From Polyangiaceae bacterium (lineage in GTDB: Bacteria; Myxococcota_A; Polyangia; Polyangiales; Polyangiaceae): a stretch of 64,000 bases of DNA. The notes below the pieces were generated by a model that was given only the letters and a program-made list of their open reading frames with translations, searched no databases and was not told the origin of the DNA. Position numbers and translations under genes: made by a program. Below are positions 45,892 to 56,453 of this stretch, piece by piece. The stretch spans positions 1 through 64,000 of the forward strand of contig JAPSGB010000027.1 in NCBI GenBank assembly GCA_035063585.1, written 5' to 3'. Numbering within the stretch: position 1 is the first letter of the stretch; each line of letters starts with the position of its first letter.

Positions 45892-46462
45892 GGGGTTCAC
45901 TCTCCATCACGTGGGGCGCCCATTCGAGCCACGGACGCGCGTCGGGTCAAGCCTGGCGAGCGGCGACCCTAGGGAAGGGATGTCGGTTCGTCGCGGAACC
46001 GCGCGGGGCGGGACCGCGCGCCGGCGGGCGGGCGCGCGCACCGACGACATGGCGCTCGGGCGCGCGGCCAGGTCGCGAACTGCCCTCCGGCGCGCTCACG
46101 CGCCCAAGCGAGGACCGCGCGCCGGGGTCCGAGCGGGTGTCCCCGGAGGCTCGCTCGCGGACCGTCGAGCTGTGCTAAGTTATCAAAATCAGAAGGCTAT
46201 ACGTGCCGGCGACGCGCTGGCGGCGGTGGCACCCGCGTCCCCGCCTGGCGCTCCCCAGCCCCTCGCGTCCGGGACCCCATGGAGAAAGCAGCGGGAACCT
46301 TGGCGCGTTATATCCCTCAGAGTGCTGGTGACGTGATCCGAAGCTGGAGCGACCCCCCTGGAACCGAGCCCGAAAATCCACGCTGACCCTCGCACGCGCG
46401 AGCTCGGGCGCCTGGCGCGAGCCGCGCGAGCGACCGCGGCGCGGCTCCGGGTCAACGAGGTC

Positions 46463-48328
46463 ATGGCGCGGGCGGCGCGGCTCCTGCCGCTACCGCTGCT
46501 CTTTTCCATCGCGGCGCTCACCTGGATCAAGGTCGCGCGCCCAGCGGCCGACACCGAGCGCACCGTGCTCTGGCTCGGCCTCATCCCGCTCGCGCTGTTC
46601 GCGGGGGGCGTGCTCGAGAGCTGGTTTCGGCGCCAGCCTCGTCATCGCGGCGCGATCTTGCTCGATCGCGCTCACGGGCTCCACGACCGCGTCACCAACG
46701 CGCTCACCTTCGCCGAGCTCCCGGCGCGGGAGCGCACGCCGCTCATGGACGCGGCCATCGACGACGCGCTCGCCACCGTGACCGACGTGGCGCCGCGCCG
46801 GGCCGCGCCGCTCAGGATCCCGCGCGAGCTCGCGTTCTCCGCGGCTCTCCTGGTCGCGCTCGCGGGGATCTTGCTGCTCGAGGTTCGCACCACGCGCGTG
46901 CTCCCTCCCGAACGGCACTTCGACCCGCTCGAGATGAGCGCGGACGACCTCGAGCTCTTCCGCGATCTGGCCGCCGAGCTCGAGCGCCAGGCCCAGGATC
47001 CGGAGGCTGCGGCCGCGGTGCGTCGCTTCAACCAGCTCATCGAGGACATCGCCGCCAGGAGGCTCGATCGCACCGAGGTGTTCCAGCGCATGGCGGAGCT
47101 CGACCGTGAGCTCGCCCGCGGCGAGCAGGCCGACAAGGAAGCGCTCGAGGCCGGCCTCGCAAGGATCGCGGAAGAACTCGAGAAGGCGGGCCTCTCCCGC
47201 GCCGTCTCCGCGGCGCTCAAGCAAAGAAATCTAGCCGACGCCGAGAAGGCCATGCGCGAGCTCGCCGAGGCCCTCAAGAACAAGAAGCAGGCTCCCTCCA
47301 AGGCCGAGCTCGAGCAGCTCCGCGCCGCGATTCAGAAGGCCAGCCAGGCGAGCCAGGCGGCGCTGAAGCGGATCGAGTCGCAGCGGCAGAAGCTCGAAGA
47401 GGAGCGGAAGAGCCTGCTCGAGAAGCAGCAGCCGGACGGCGGGATGAATGAGCAGACCCGCCGTCTCCTGAAGAAGAAGGAGCGCGAGCTCGAGCGCCTG
47501 GATCGCGAGAAGGATCGGGCGAAGCGCGCCGAGCGGCAGCTCTCGAAGCTCGATCGCGAGCTCGCGCAGGCCGCCCAGGATCTCATGAAGGAGGCGGGTC
47601 TGAGCGGCGAGGATCTCGAGCGCGCCGCCGAGGACATCAACCGAATGGCGCGCGAGGAGATGAGCGACCAGGAGAAGGAGGACCTCCGCAAACGCCTCCA
47701 GGAGCTCCGCGAGCTCTTGCGTCAACAGGGAAAGGATGGAAAGGAGCGGCTCGAGCGGCTCCGCCGATTCAGCCAGCGCGCGCGAGGGCAGCAGGGCGGC
47801 GGACAGCAGGGCGAGGAGCAGGGCGGCGGACAGCAGCGCCGAGGCCAGGGCGGCGAACGACCAGGCGAGGGCCAGGGTGAAGCGGGTGGCTCACAGCCGG
47901 GGCGCGGGGCGAACGGTCGCGAGATCGTGCTCGGCCGAGGCAGCAAGTCGATCCCCATGCCGGGCATGGGAGGCGGCGAGAGCGCGGGCTCGAGCGGCGG
48001 CGCGGGCGAGAAGTCGGGCGGCAGCGGCGCGAGCGAGGGCGGCAAGGAGCCGGGCACCGGTCACGATGACAAGCTCGCAGGCGACAAATCCGAGCTCAAG
48101 GGTCGCACCCAGGACGTCACGGCGGCCGCCGCCGACACCGGCGAGGGCACCGCCTCGAGCCAGGTGATCTACGGCGCGGCCGAGCGCGGCTTCGTCGGGC
48201 GCGGCTACCAGAAGGTGTACACCGACTACCAGACCGTCGCCGAGAAGGTGATGGACGAAGAGAAGATCCCGCCGGGTTATCGCTTCTATGTGCAGCGATA
48301 CTTCCAGCTCATCAGACCACGCGAGTAA
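46463..48328 (+). CDS. membrane-anchored long coiled-coil protein of the MoxR operon (start may be CTG at about 46358)
   Basis: N-terminal TM helices, LDR..GL.DR..NAL, long heptad region, Gly/Gln-rich tail, IPPGYRFYVQRYF end. Confidence 0.8.
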   Translation: MARAARLLPLPLLFSIAALTWIKVARPAADTERTVLWLGLIPLALFAGGVLESWFRRQPRHRGAILLDRAHGLHDRVTNALTFAELPARERTPLMDAAIDDALATVTDVAPRRAAPLRIPRELAFSAALLVALAGILLLEVRTTRVLPPERHFDPLEMSADDLELFRDLAAELERQAQDPEAAAAVRRFNQLIEDIAARRLDRTEVFQRMAELDRELARGEQADKEALEAGLARIAEELEKAGLSRAVSAALKQRNLADAEKAMRELAEALKNKKQAPSKAELEQLRAAIQKASQASQAALKRIESQRQKLEEERKSLLEKQQPDGGMNEQTRRLLKKKERELERLDREKDRAKRAERQLSKLDRELAQAAQDLMKEAGLSGEDLERAAEDINRMAREEMSDQEKEDLRKRLQELRELLRQQGKDGKERLERLRRFSQRARGQQGGGQQGEEQGGGQQRRGQGGERPGEGQGEAGGSQPGRGANGREIVLGRGSKSIPMPGMGGGESAGSSGGAGEKSGGSGASEGGKEPGTGHDDKLAGDKSELKGRTQDVTAAAADTGEGTASSQVIYGAAERGFVGRGYQKVYTDYQTVAEKVMDEEKIPPGYRFYVQRYFQLIRPRE

Positions 48329-48331
48329 TCC

Positions 48332-49333
48332 ATGTCAAACAGCGAACGAGCGCGCGAAGACGTCGAGCGATTTCGAGAGCGAGTCGGCAAGCTCCGCGAG
48401 GAGATCGCCCGGGTCATCGTCGGCAATCGCGAGATCGTCGACGGCACGCTCACCTGCATGCTCTCGGGCTCGCACGCCCTGCTCGAAGGCGTGCCCGGGC
48501 TCGGTAAGACCATGCTGGTGCGGACCCTCGCCGACTGTGTCGGGCTGAAGTTTTCGCGGATTCAGTTCACGCCAGACCTCATGCCGGCGGACATCATCGG
48601 CACCACCGTGATCGAAGACGGTGAGCGCGGGAAGACCGCGCTCGAGTTCCGTAAGGGGCCGGTGTTCGCCAACATCGTTTTGGCCGACGAGGTGAATCGC
48701 GCCACCCCGAAGACGCAGAGCGCGCTGCTCGAAGCGATGCAGGAGCACCGCGTCACGGTAGGTCGCACGACCTACACCATCGAGGAGCCCTACTTCGTGC
48801 TCGCGACCCAGAATCCGCTCGAGATGGAGGGTACCTACCCGCTCCCCGAGGCGCAGCTCGATCGCTTCTTCTTCAAGCTGCACGTCCCCTTTCCGAGCCG
48901 CGAGGAGCTCCACGCCATCGTAGACCGCACCACCACCGACACCGAGCCGAAGGTCGAGCATGTGATCACCCGTGACGAGATCCTCGAGATGCAGAAGCTG
49001 GTGCGGACGGTGCCGGTCGCGAGGCACGTGCAGGATTTTGCGATCCGCGTGCTCCAAGCGACGCACCCCGACGGCGAGGATGCTCCCGAGCAGGTGCGCC
49101 GGTTCGTCCGCACCGGCGCGTCTCCGCGCGGTGCTCAAGCCATGCTCCTCGCGGCGCGCGTGCGCGCCTTGTTCGACGGGCGCTTCGCCGCGTCCATCGA
49201 TGATGTCAAGGCGAGCGCGCTGCCGGCGCTCCGTCACCGCTTGCTCCTGAACTTCGAGGGTGAGGCGGAGGGTGTGCGCGCGGACGACATCATTCAGGGC
49301 ATCCTGAGCGTGCTGCCCGAAGCCAAGACCTGA
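48332..49333 (+). CDS. moxR: MoxR family AAA+ ATPase
   Basis: GVPGLGKT, RIQFTPDLMPAD, LADEVNRA.PKTQSALLEAM, ATQNP.E.EGTYPLPEAQLDRF. Confidence 0.96.
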   Translation: MSNSERAREDVERFRERVGKLREEIARVIVGNREIVDGTLTCMLSGSHALLEGVPGLGKTMLVRTLADCVGLKFSRIQFTPDLMPADIIGTTVIEDGERGKTALEFRKGPVFANIVLADEVNRATPKTQSALLEAMQEHRVTVGRTTYTIEEPYFVLATQNPLEMEGTYPLPEAQLDRFFFKLHVPFPSREELHAIVDRTTTDTEPKVEHVITRDEILEMQKLVRTVPVARHVQDFAIRVLQATHPDGEDAPEQVRRFVRTGASPRGAQAMLLAARVRALFDGRFAASIDDVKASALPALRHRLLLNFEGEAEGVRADDIIQGILSVLPEAKT

Positions 49334-49341
49334 GCCGCGAG

Positions 49342-50283
49342 ATGAGCGTCCTCGACGTCTTCAAGCGAGCGGCCTCGCCGCTGGTGCGGCGCCCGAAGGC
49401 GAGCGACGCAGATCTCTTCGACGATGAGTTCCAGCGCCGACTCGAGACGCTCGCCATCGTGAGTCGGCGCGTGTTCGCTGGGCGGCTGCGCGCCGAGCGA
49501 AGGAGCAAGAAGCAGGGGAGCGGTGTCGAGTTCGCCGATCACCGCGACTACGTCTCGGGGGATGACTTCCGCTACGTGGACTGGAACATCTACCAGCGGT
49601 TCGGCCGGCTCCTGGTGCGACTCTACGAGGAAGAAGAGGACCTCAGCATCTACTTCATCGTCGATGCTTCTACGAGCATGGGCTTCGGGGACGGCCGCAA
49701 GCTCGATCAGGCACGCCGGCTCGCGGCGGCTCTCGCCTACGTCGGGCTCGCCAACCTCGATCGGGTCACCCTGGTGGCGGTCGCGGGCGAGGTCGTGGCG
49801 CGGATGCCGACCACCCGGGGCAAGGCACGAATCTTCAAGGTGTTCCAGTTCCTGCGCGAGCTCGAGGCCAGCGGCACCACGGACCTCGAGGACAGCCTCC
49901 GCACGTTCGTGGCTCAGCACAAGCGCCGGGGCCTCGCCGTGCTCATCAGCGACCTCTACGACCCCAAGGGCTTCGAGGCTGGCATCAACGTGCTCCGCTA
50001 CAACCGCTTCGAGCCGTATGTGCTCCACGTCATCGATCCCGCGGACGCTCGCCCCGCGCTCAAGGGCGACGTTCGCCTCTACGACTGCGAGACGGGTGAC
50101 GAGCGTGAGGTCACCATCACCGACCGCCTGCTCGAACGCATGGCTCGAGCGTGGGCCGACTATCGCCAAGAAATCGAGCATTTCTGCACCACCCATCAGG
50201 TGCCGTACTTCGCGGCGTCGGTGGACGAGCCCTTCGACGAGCTGGTGCTCTCCGTGTTCCGGCGAGGGGGGTTCCTTCGCTAG
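49342..50283 (+). CDS. DUF58 domain protein
   Basis: GSGVEFADHRDY..GDD.R.VDWN, DASTSM, LISD. Confidence 0.93.
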   Translation: MSVLDVFKRAASPLVRRPKASDADLFDDEFQRRLETLAIVSRRVFAGRLRAERRSKKQGSGVEFADHRDYVSGDDFRYVDWNIYQRFGRLLVRLYEEEEDLSIYFIVDASTSMGFGDGRKLDQARRLAAALAYVGLANLDRVTLVAVAGEVVARMPTTRGKARIFKVFQFLRELEASGTTDLEDSLRTFVAQHKRRGLAVLISDLYDPKGFEAGINVLRYNRFEPYVLHVIDPADARPALKGDVRLYDCETGDEREVTITDRLLERMARAWADYRQEIEHFCTTHQVPYFAASVDEPFDELVLSVFRRGGFLR

Positions 50284-52173
50284 ATGTTCTTCGCCGGCCT
50301 GAGCGCCTCCCACCTCTTGGCCATCTTCGGCGCGGCCGGCGCGCTGGTGGTGCTCTTCTATATCCTCAAGCTCCGGCGCCGCCCCATCGCGGTTCCGTTC
50401 TCGAACATTTGGCATCGGGTGCTTCGCGACAAGGAGGCGACCACCCTCTTCTCGCAGCTGAAGCGGCTCCTCTCCCTCCTGCTGCAGCTCGCGCTCCTGG
50501 CGCTCCTGGTGCTCGCGCTCGGCGATCCTCGCCTCACGCGCTCTCCCACCGAGGGGCGGAGCATCGTGGTCCTGGTCGACGGTAGCGCCAGCATGAAGGC
50601 CACCGATGTCGCGCCCTCACGGCTCGAGGTGGCCAAGGAGAAGGTCCGAGAGCTGGTCCGGGGGATGAGCGGCGCCGATCGGATGCTCATCGCCCAGATG
50701 GACGCGTCGCTCCGCCCGCTCTCGACCATGAGCGACGATCCGAGCGAGCTCGAGGCCGCCGTCGACGCGCTCGCCGCGACCGACACGCGCGCCGACCTCG
50801 CGCGTGGGCTCCGCTTCGCGCAAGATAGCCTGGCGGGGCTCGGGAAATCCGAGATCGTGATCGTGAGCGACGGCGCGTTCGGTGACGTCGAGGCGACGAC
50901 TCGTGGGCTCGAGCTCCGCGACACGGACGTGCGCTACGTGCCGGTGGGCGCGCGCGCGAAGAACGTCGCCATCACCGGGTTTTCCGTGCGCCGCTATCCG
51001 CTCGACAAGTCGCGCTATGAGGTGATGCTCGAGGTCGCCAACACCACTGACGCTCCGCTCGACGTGGAGCTCACGTTGCTCGGTGATGGACAAGTGGTGG
51101 ACGTGACGCGCCTCGCGCTCGGCCCGAACGAGCGGGTGCCCCGCTACTACAAGGATCTCGGCGGCGCGAACCGGACGCTCGAGGCGGTGATCCGGCTCGG
51201 GGATGGCACCCCGGACGACCTCCCTGCCGATGATCACGCGTACGCGCTGATGCCGGAGCGGCGCCGCGCGCGAGTGCTCGCGGTCACTCCCGGCAACACC
51301 TACCTCGAAGCGACGTTGCTCCTCGACGACTACCTCGACGTCACCACGGTCACGCCGGCGAGCTACCCGCCGCCCGGCACCTTCGACGTCACCATCTTCG
51401 ATGGGGTCGCGCCTCCGCTCGCGAAGACTGGCGGCGCCGCGCTCTACTTCGACCCGCCGGATACGCCAAGCGCGCCGGTCGAGCGCGGCAAGGCGATCAC
51501 CGGGTTCGGCTTCGACACCTGGGATCGAAAGAGCCCGATTTTGCGCTTCCTTGCCATGGGCGACATCCAGGTGGCGAACGGCTTCGCCCTCGAGCCGAAG
51601 CGAGAGGATCGCGTGCTCGGCGCGAGCGATCTCGGACCCATCCTCGTGAGCGGGCGGCGTGATGGGAGAAAGTTCGTCGCGCTCGGCTTCGACCCGAGAA
51701 ACAGCGATTTCGTGCTGCGGGTCGCGTGGCCGCTCTTCGTCCTCAACACCATCAACGATTTCGTCGAAGAGGACACCAGCTACCTCTCGAGTTATCGCAC
51801 CGGCGAGGTGTGGAGGATCCCGGCGCCGAGCAACGCGGAGACGGCCACGCTCGAGGATCCCCTCGGCCGGAGACACACCATCCCCGTGAAGGAGGGACAC
51901 GCCGTCTATTTCGGAGATCAGGCGGGCTTCTACCAGCTCTCCACGGGCAGCGGCGCCGAGGCGACCACCCTCCGGTTCGCGGCGAATCTCTCCGACCTCG
52001 ACGAGAGCCGCATCGCGCCAGTGGCGGAGCTCGCGCTCGGGAAGGAGCCGCTGGCGCGCCCGAGCGGGTTTCGTCCGGGCGTGAGGCGTGAACTCTGGCT
52101 CTACCTCCTCTTCGGCGCGCTCGCCCTGAGCACGCTCGAGTGGGTGACCTATCATCGGAGGCTCACGGTATGA
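50284..52173 (+). CDS. BatA-domain + vWA membrane protein
   Basis: N-terminal double-TM BatA (YILKLRRR...W), DGSASM MIDAS, VSDG, C-terminal TM helix ..LEW. Confidence 0.88.
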   Translation: MFFAGLSASHLLAIFGAAGALVVLFYILKLRRRPIAVPFSNIWHRVLRDKEATTLFSQLKRLLSLLLQLALLALLVLALGDPRLTRSPTEGRSIVVLVDGSASMKATDVAPSRLEVAKEKVRELVRGMSGADRMLIAQMDASLRPLSTMSDDPSELEAAVDALAATDTRADLARGLRFAQDSLAGLGKSEIVIVSDGAFGDVEATTRGLELRDTDVRYVPVGARAKNVAITGFSVRRYPLDKSRYEVMLEVANTTDAPLDVELTLLGDGQVVDVTRLALGPNERVPRYYKDLGGANRTLEAVIRLGDGTPDDLPADDHAYALMPERRRARVLAVTPGNTYLEATLLLDDYLDVTTVTPASYPPPGTFDVTIFDGVAPPLAKTGGAALYFDPPDTPSAPVERGKAITGFGFDTWDRKSPILRFLAMGDIQVANGFALEPKREDRVLGASDLGPILVSGRRDGRKFVALGFDPRNSDFVLRVAWPLFVLNTINDFVEEDTSYLSSYRTGEVWRIPAPSNAETATLEDPLGRRHTIPVKEGHAVYFGDQAGFYQLSTGSGAEATTLRFAANLSDLDESRIAPVAELALGKEPLARPSGFRPGVRRELWLYLLFGALALSTLEWVTYHRRLTV

Positions 52174-54950
52174 GCCCGCGCCTTCGCCGATTCGCCTGGG
52201 GCGCCTTCATCGTGGCGCTCGCCCTGGGTCTCGGCTGGGCATATCAGCGATACGTGCTCGCGGGCGGCCTCCGTTTCGAGTGGGAGCGTGGTGGTCAGAA
52301 GTACGAGCTCATGAGCCCACGCACGCTCGGCGTGGTGCTGCTCACACCCCTCTTCGTGTTCGTGCTCGGGCGCTCACTCGCCGATCTGCCCTGGCAGCAG
52401 CAGTTGCTCTCGGTGCTCCTGCGAGTCGCGTTCCTCGCGCTCGTCGGGCTAGGGCTAGCGCGCCTCGCGCACACCGCGGAGACGCGCAAGGTGTGCACCG
52501 TCTTTCTCGTCGACGTGAGTGACTCGGTCGAGGACCCATCGCTCGAGCGAGCGCGCACGCTGATTCGAGAGGCCTGGGCCGCGCGCGGCGCGGAAGATCT
52601 CGTGAAGCTGGTGACCTTCGCCAAGCGCCCACGTCTGGTCGAGCTCGAGGAAACAGGGGGGCGGCCCGCGCTCCCGCCGGTTGCGGAGCTACGGCACCGC
52701 ACGGCGCCCGGGTCGCGCGAGAACCCCGGCGCGGGCACCGATCTCGAGGCCGCGCTGGAGCTCGCCTACGGGGTCTTCCCGCCGGGGTATCTGAAGCACG
52801 CGGTCCTCGTGAGCGACGGCGTCGAGACGGACGGAGACGTCCTCGCCGAGGCGAACCGCGCGCGAGGGTTCGGCGTGAAGCTCTTCGCGGTGCCTTACCG
52901 GGCGCCGCCGCCGGCCGAGGTCGCCGTGAAGAGCCTCACCCTGCCCGACAAAGTGGACGTCGGGCAGCCCTTCGAGCTCATCGCGGAGATTTACGCGAGT
53001 CGGGGGACGCGCGCTCGCGCGCGGCTATTCCAAGGCGAGACCTTGAACGGCCTCGATGGCGTGCGTGACCTCGAGCTCGCACCCGGCGACAACGAGGTGA
53101 AAATGAAGAGCGTGGTGCGCGTGGGCGGCACCGTGACCTACGCCTTCAAGCTCGACCAGCTGCCGGCCGGCGCAGACAAGTTCCCAGAGAACAACTCGTT
53201 CAACGCGACCCTCGAGGTCCCGGGGCGCCCGGCCGTTCTCTATGTGGAGGGGCAGCCGCAACGCGCGAGCTACCTGACGAGTGCGCTCGGCGCGCAGCAG
53301 TTCGACGTGGACGTGCGCGCGCCAGCCGCCTTTCCCGGGAGCCTGAAGGAGCTCGAGCGCTACGATTTCGTGATCCTTTCGGACGTGCCGAAGGAGGCGG
53401 TGAGCCTCGCTTCGCAGGATCTCATCGAGAAGTACGTACGCGATCTCGGGGGTGGCTTCCTCTTCGCAGGTGGTGAGAGCGGCTACGGGCTCGGCGGCTG
53501 GGCGCACACCACCATCGAGCGCATCCTGCCGGTCAAGATGGACGCTCAGCGCAAGAAGGAGATGCCGAGCGTCGCCATGGTGCTCGTCATCGATCGCTCT
53601 GGCTCGATGACCGGGCTCCCGATCGAGATGGCCAAGGCCGCGTGCAAGGCGACCGTGAGCACCCTCGAGGGCGACGACCTCATCGAGGTCGTCGCGTTCG
53701 ATTCCGAGGCTACTCGCTACGTGAAGATGGGTCCGGCGCGCTATCGCGCGCGGATCGAGAACGACGTCTTGCGGATCCAGCCGGGCGGCGGCACCGAGAT
53801 CTTTCCCGCGCTCGACATGGCTTATCAGGACATCAGCGTGGTGCAGGCGCGGAAGAAGCACGTCATCCTGCTCACCGACGGCCGCTCGCCTTCACAGGGG
53901 CTCAGAGATCTCGCTCAGGCGATGCTCGCCGAGAACATCACCGTTACCACCGTGGGGCTCGGTGACGGCGTGGACGGCGACTTGCTGCGTGCGATCTCGG
54001 AGGCCGGCGGTGGTCGTTACCATCCTGCCCCGGATCCCAACAGCCTCCCCAAGATCTTCACGCGCGAGACCGAGATGATCGCGCGGAAGGCGGCGGTCGA
54101 AGAGTGGTTCCCGGTAGAGCAGGTCTACCCGGCGGAGTTCTTGCGCGGCATCAGCATCAGCTCCGCGCCGCTCCTGCATGGCTACGTAGCCACGCAGATG
54201 AAGGGGCCGCCGGCTCAGGAGATCCTCGCGAGCGACACGGGCGAGCCGATCCTCGCGCGCTGGCGGGTCGGGCTCGGCAGCACGCTCGCGTGGACGAGCG
54301 ACGTCAAGAACCGGTGGGCCGCCGACTGGCTCCGCTGGAGCGGCTACGGGAAGTTCTGGGGACAGCTGGTTCGCGAGCACATGCGTCACAAGGAACGCAA
54401 GGAGCTCCCCATGAGGGTCGAGGTCTCGGGCGGGCACGCGCGCGCCACGGTGGACGCCTTCACGCTCGACGAGCGCTTCGACAACGACCTCGAGAGCACC
54501 CTGGTGGTGCAAGGCCCCGAGCCCGGCGGGGAGCGACGCGAGGTGCCGATGCGCGCGGTCGCCCCGGGGCGTTATGAAGCCGACTTCGAGCTCGCGCGCT
54601 ACGGGAGCTTCCTGGTCACCGCGAGCCACACACGCCGCGCGGCCGACGGCACGCTGAAGCAGGTCGCGGTGAGCTACGGACACGTCAGTAACCCCTACCC
54701 GCGCGAGTACGCGAGCTTCCAGCCCGACGTCGAGCGACTCCGCCGCGCGGCGCTCGCCGGCGGCGGCACGCTCGACCCCGCGCCCGCCGCGCTGTTCGAC
54801 CCGGGCGAAGACAAGATCGTCTATCACGAGGAGATCCGCGATCGCTTCATCCTCGCCGCGATCGTGGTCTTTCTGCTCGATCTCCTGATCCGGCGCGTGC
54901 GGCTCTTCGACCGGAAGTTCTTGCCCAAGCGCGCGCGGCGCACGGCTTGA
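52170..54950 (+). CDS. double-vWA + GATase1-like membrane protein
   Basis: DVSDS and DRSGSM MIDAS motifs, YDFVILSDVP..GGGFLFAGG GATase1-like domain; ATGA overlap with the upstream gene. Confidence 0.85.
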   Translation: MSPRLRRFAWGAFIVALALGLGWAYQRYVLAGGLRFEWERGGQKYELMSPRTLGVVLLTPLFVFVLGRSLADLPWQQQLLSVLLRVAFLALVGLGLARLAHTAETRKVCTVFLVDVSDSVEDPSLERARTLIREAWAARGAEDLVKLVTFAKRPRLVELEETGGRPALPPVAELRHRTAPGSRENPGAGTDLEAALELAYGVFPPGYLKHAVLVSDGVETDGDVLAEANRARGFGVKLFAVPYRAPPPAEVAVKSLTLPDKVDVGQPFELIAEIYASRGTRARARLFQGETLNGLDGVRDLELAPGDNEVKMKSVVRVGGTVTYAFKLDQLPAGADKFPENNSFNATLEVPGRPAVLYVEGQPQRASYLTSALGAQQFDVDVRAPAAFPGSLKELERYDFVILSDVPKEAVSLASQDLIEKYVRDLGGGFLFAGGESGYGLGGWAHTTIERILPVKMDAQRKKEMPSVAMVLVIDRSGSMTGLPIEMAKAACKATVSTLEGDDLIEVVAFDSEATRYVKMGPARYRARIENDVLRIQPGGGTEIFPALDMAYQDISVVQARKKHVILLTDGRSPSQGLRDLAQAMLAENITVTTVGLGDGVDGDLLRAISEAGGGRYHPAPDPNSLPKIFTRETEMIARKAAVEEWFPVEQVYPAEFLRGISISSAPLLHGYVATQMKGPPAQEILASDTGEPILARWRVGLGSTLAWTSDVKNRWAADWLRWSGYGKFWGQLVREHMRHKERKELPMRVEVSGGHARATVDAFTLDERFDNDLESTLVVQGPEPGGERREVPMRAVAPGRYEADFELARYGSFLVTASHTRRAADGTLKQVAVSYGHVSNPYPREYASFQPDVERLRRAALAGGGTLDPAPAALFDPGEDKIVYHEEIRDRFILAAIVVFLLDLLIRRVRLFDRKFLPKRARRTA

Positions 54951-55001
54951 CCTCGGCGCCGGTCGCGCTCTCGGACGAAGCGCGCGCCGCCACGCGACGC
55001 C

Positions 55002-56252
55002 TCATGCGCGCTCGCCGCGCGCAATCACCACGGAGCCTGCCAGGTCGCCCGTGACGTTGAGGGCGGTTCGGCCCATGTCGAGGAACCGATCGACCCCGAG
55101 GATGAGTCCGAGCCCCTCCGGCGGCACCCCGAAGATACCGAGGATCATCGCGATGACCGGGAGCGAGCCGCCCGGGACGCCGGCCGCGCCGATCCCACCC
55201 AAGACACAAACCACCAGGATCAGCACCTCTTGCCCGAAGCCGAGGTGGACGCCGAAGAATTGCGCGAGAAAGAGCACGGTGATCCCCTCGTAGATCGCCG
55301 TGCCGTTCATGTTCGCGGTAGCCCCGAGGGTGCACACGAAGCGGCTGATCTGACGCGGCACGCCGAGCTTCTCTTCGGCGGCGTGGAGCGTGGTGGGCAG
55401 GGTCGCGCTGCTCGATGAGGTGGACAGCGCGGTCACGATGGCGACCTGCGAGTCGCGGAAGAAGCGCCGCGGGCCCATACCTCCGAGCAGCCAGACGAGC
55501 AGCGGCAGCACCACGAACATCTGGATGGAGAGCGCCAGGAGCACCACGCCGACGAAGCGGCCAAGCTGGAGGAGCACCTCGTAGCCGAGCTTCGCGGTCA
55601 AATTGAAGAGGAGCGCCGCGACCGCCCAGGGTGCGAGTCGGATCACCCAGTCGATGAGCTTCAGGCTGATTTCGTACATGCCGCCGACGAAATCGACGAA
55701 GGTCCGAACCGGTCGGCTCTCGAGCATGGTCGCCGCGATTCCGACCAGGATCGCGAAGAACATGAGGCCGAGGAGGTTCCCCTCGGCGGCGGCGTGCACC
55801 GGGTTCTTCGGCACGATACCGAGTAAGACCTCGCGCACCGACACCGCGGCGCCGCTCGCCGCGATGCCGCCCCCCCCGCTCGCCTTGGCGAGGAGCGCCT
55901 CGCCGACCTCGCGCGGCACGCCGCGACCCGGCTCGAACCAGTTCGCCAGGGTGAGCCCGATGGCGACCGCGACGCCGGTGACGACGACGATCCATGCGAG
56001 CGTCTTCAGCCCGATGCGTCCGAGCGACTTGGGATCGCCGATCTCGACCACGCCCATGACGAGCGCCGAGAACACCAGCGGCACCACCAACATGAAGAGG
56101 AGGCGGAGGAAGAGCTCGCCCACCGGCTCGGTCAGGTAGGTCATCACCCCCGCGAGCCAGGTGGCGTCGCCCGCGAACGCGTGACAGCCGAGCCCAGCCG
56201 CGCCGCCGCTCACGAAACCGAGACCCATCTGCTTGTGGAGCGCGAGCTTCAC
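55002..56252 (-). CDS. dicarboxylate/amino acid:cation symporter (DAACS, GltP/GltT-like)
   Basis: FLRLLFMLVVPLV, STSSSSATLP, LGATANMNGT, GAAGVPG, GVDRFLDMGRT. Confidence 0.95.
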   Translation of the reverse strand: MKLALHKQMGLGFVSGGAAGLGCHAFAGDATWLAGVMTYLTEPVGELFLRLLFMLVVPLVFSALVMGVVEIGDPKSLGRIGLKTLAWIVVVTGVAVAIGLTLANWFEPGRGVPREVGEALLAKASGGGGIAASGAAVSVREVLLGIVPKNPVHAAAEGNLLGLMFFAILVGIAATMLESRPVRTFVDFVGGMYEISLKLIDWVIRLAPWAVAALLFNLTAKLGYEVLLQLGRFVGVVLLALSIQMFVVLPLLVWLLGGMGPRRFFRDSQVAIVTALSTSSSSATLPTTLHAAEEKLGVPRQISRFVCTLGATANMNGTAIYEGITVLFLAQFFGVHLGFGQEVLILVVCVLGGIGAAGVPGGSLPVIAMILGIFGVPPEGLGLILGVDRFLDMGRTALNVTGDLAGSVVIARGERA

Positions 56253-56416
56253 GGTCGGCCCGCACCATGCCGGCTCGGCCCACCCCGAAGCAAGCCCGGC
56301 CGCCTCCGGCAGTTGGAGGACCTCGGGAGCTGCGTCCCGGTCAGGAGGGTGCCGTACCGCGCCTGGGGGCTTGCCCCCGCGCCGATGACGCCGCTCCTCG
56401 GTGACGCAAATAGCGA

Positions 56417-56446
56417 TTGAGCCGAGTAGCTCGCTGACCCTATCCT
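56417..56446 (+). promoter_or_regulatory. sigma70-type promoter (leaderless)
   Basis: TTGAGC-N18-TATCCT, ATG 7 nt downstream. Confidence 0.5.
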
Positions 56447-56453
56447 CGTTTTC

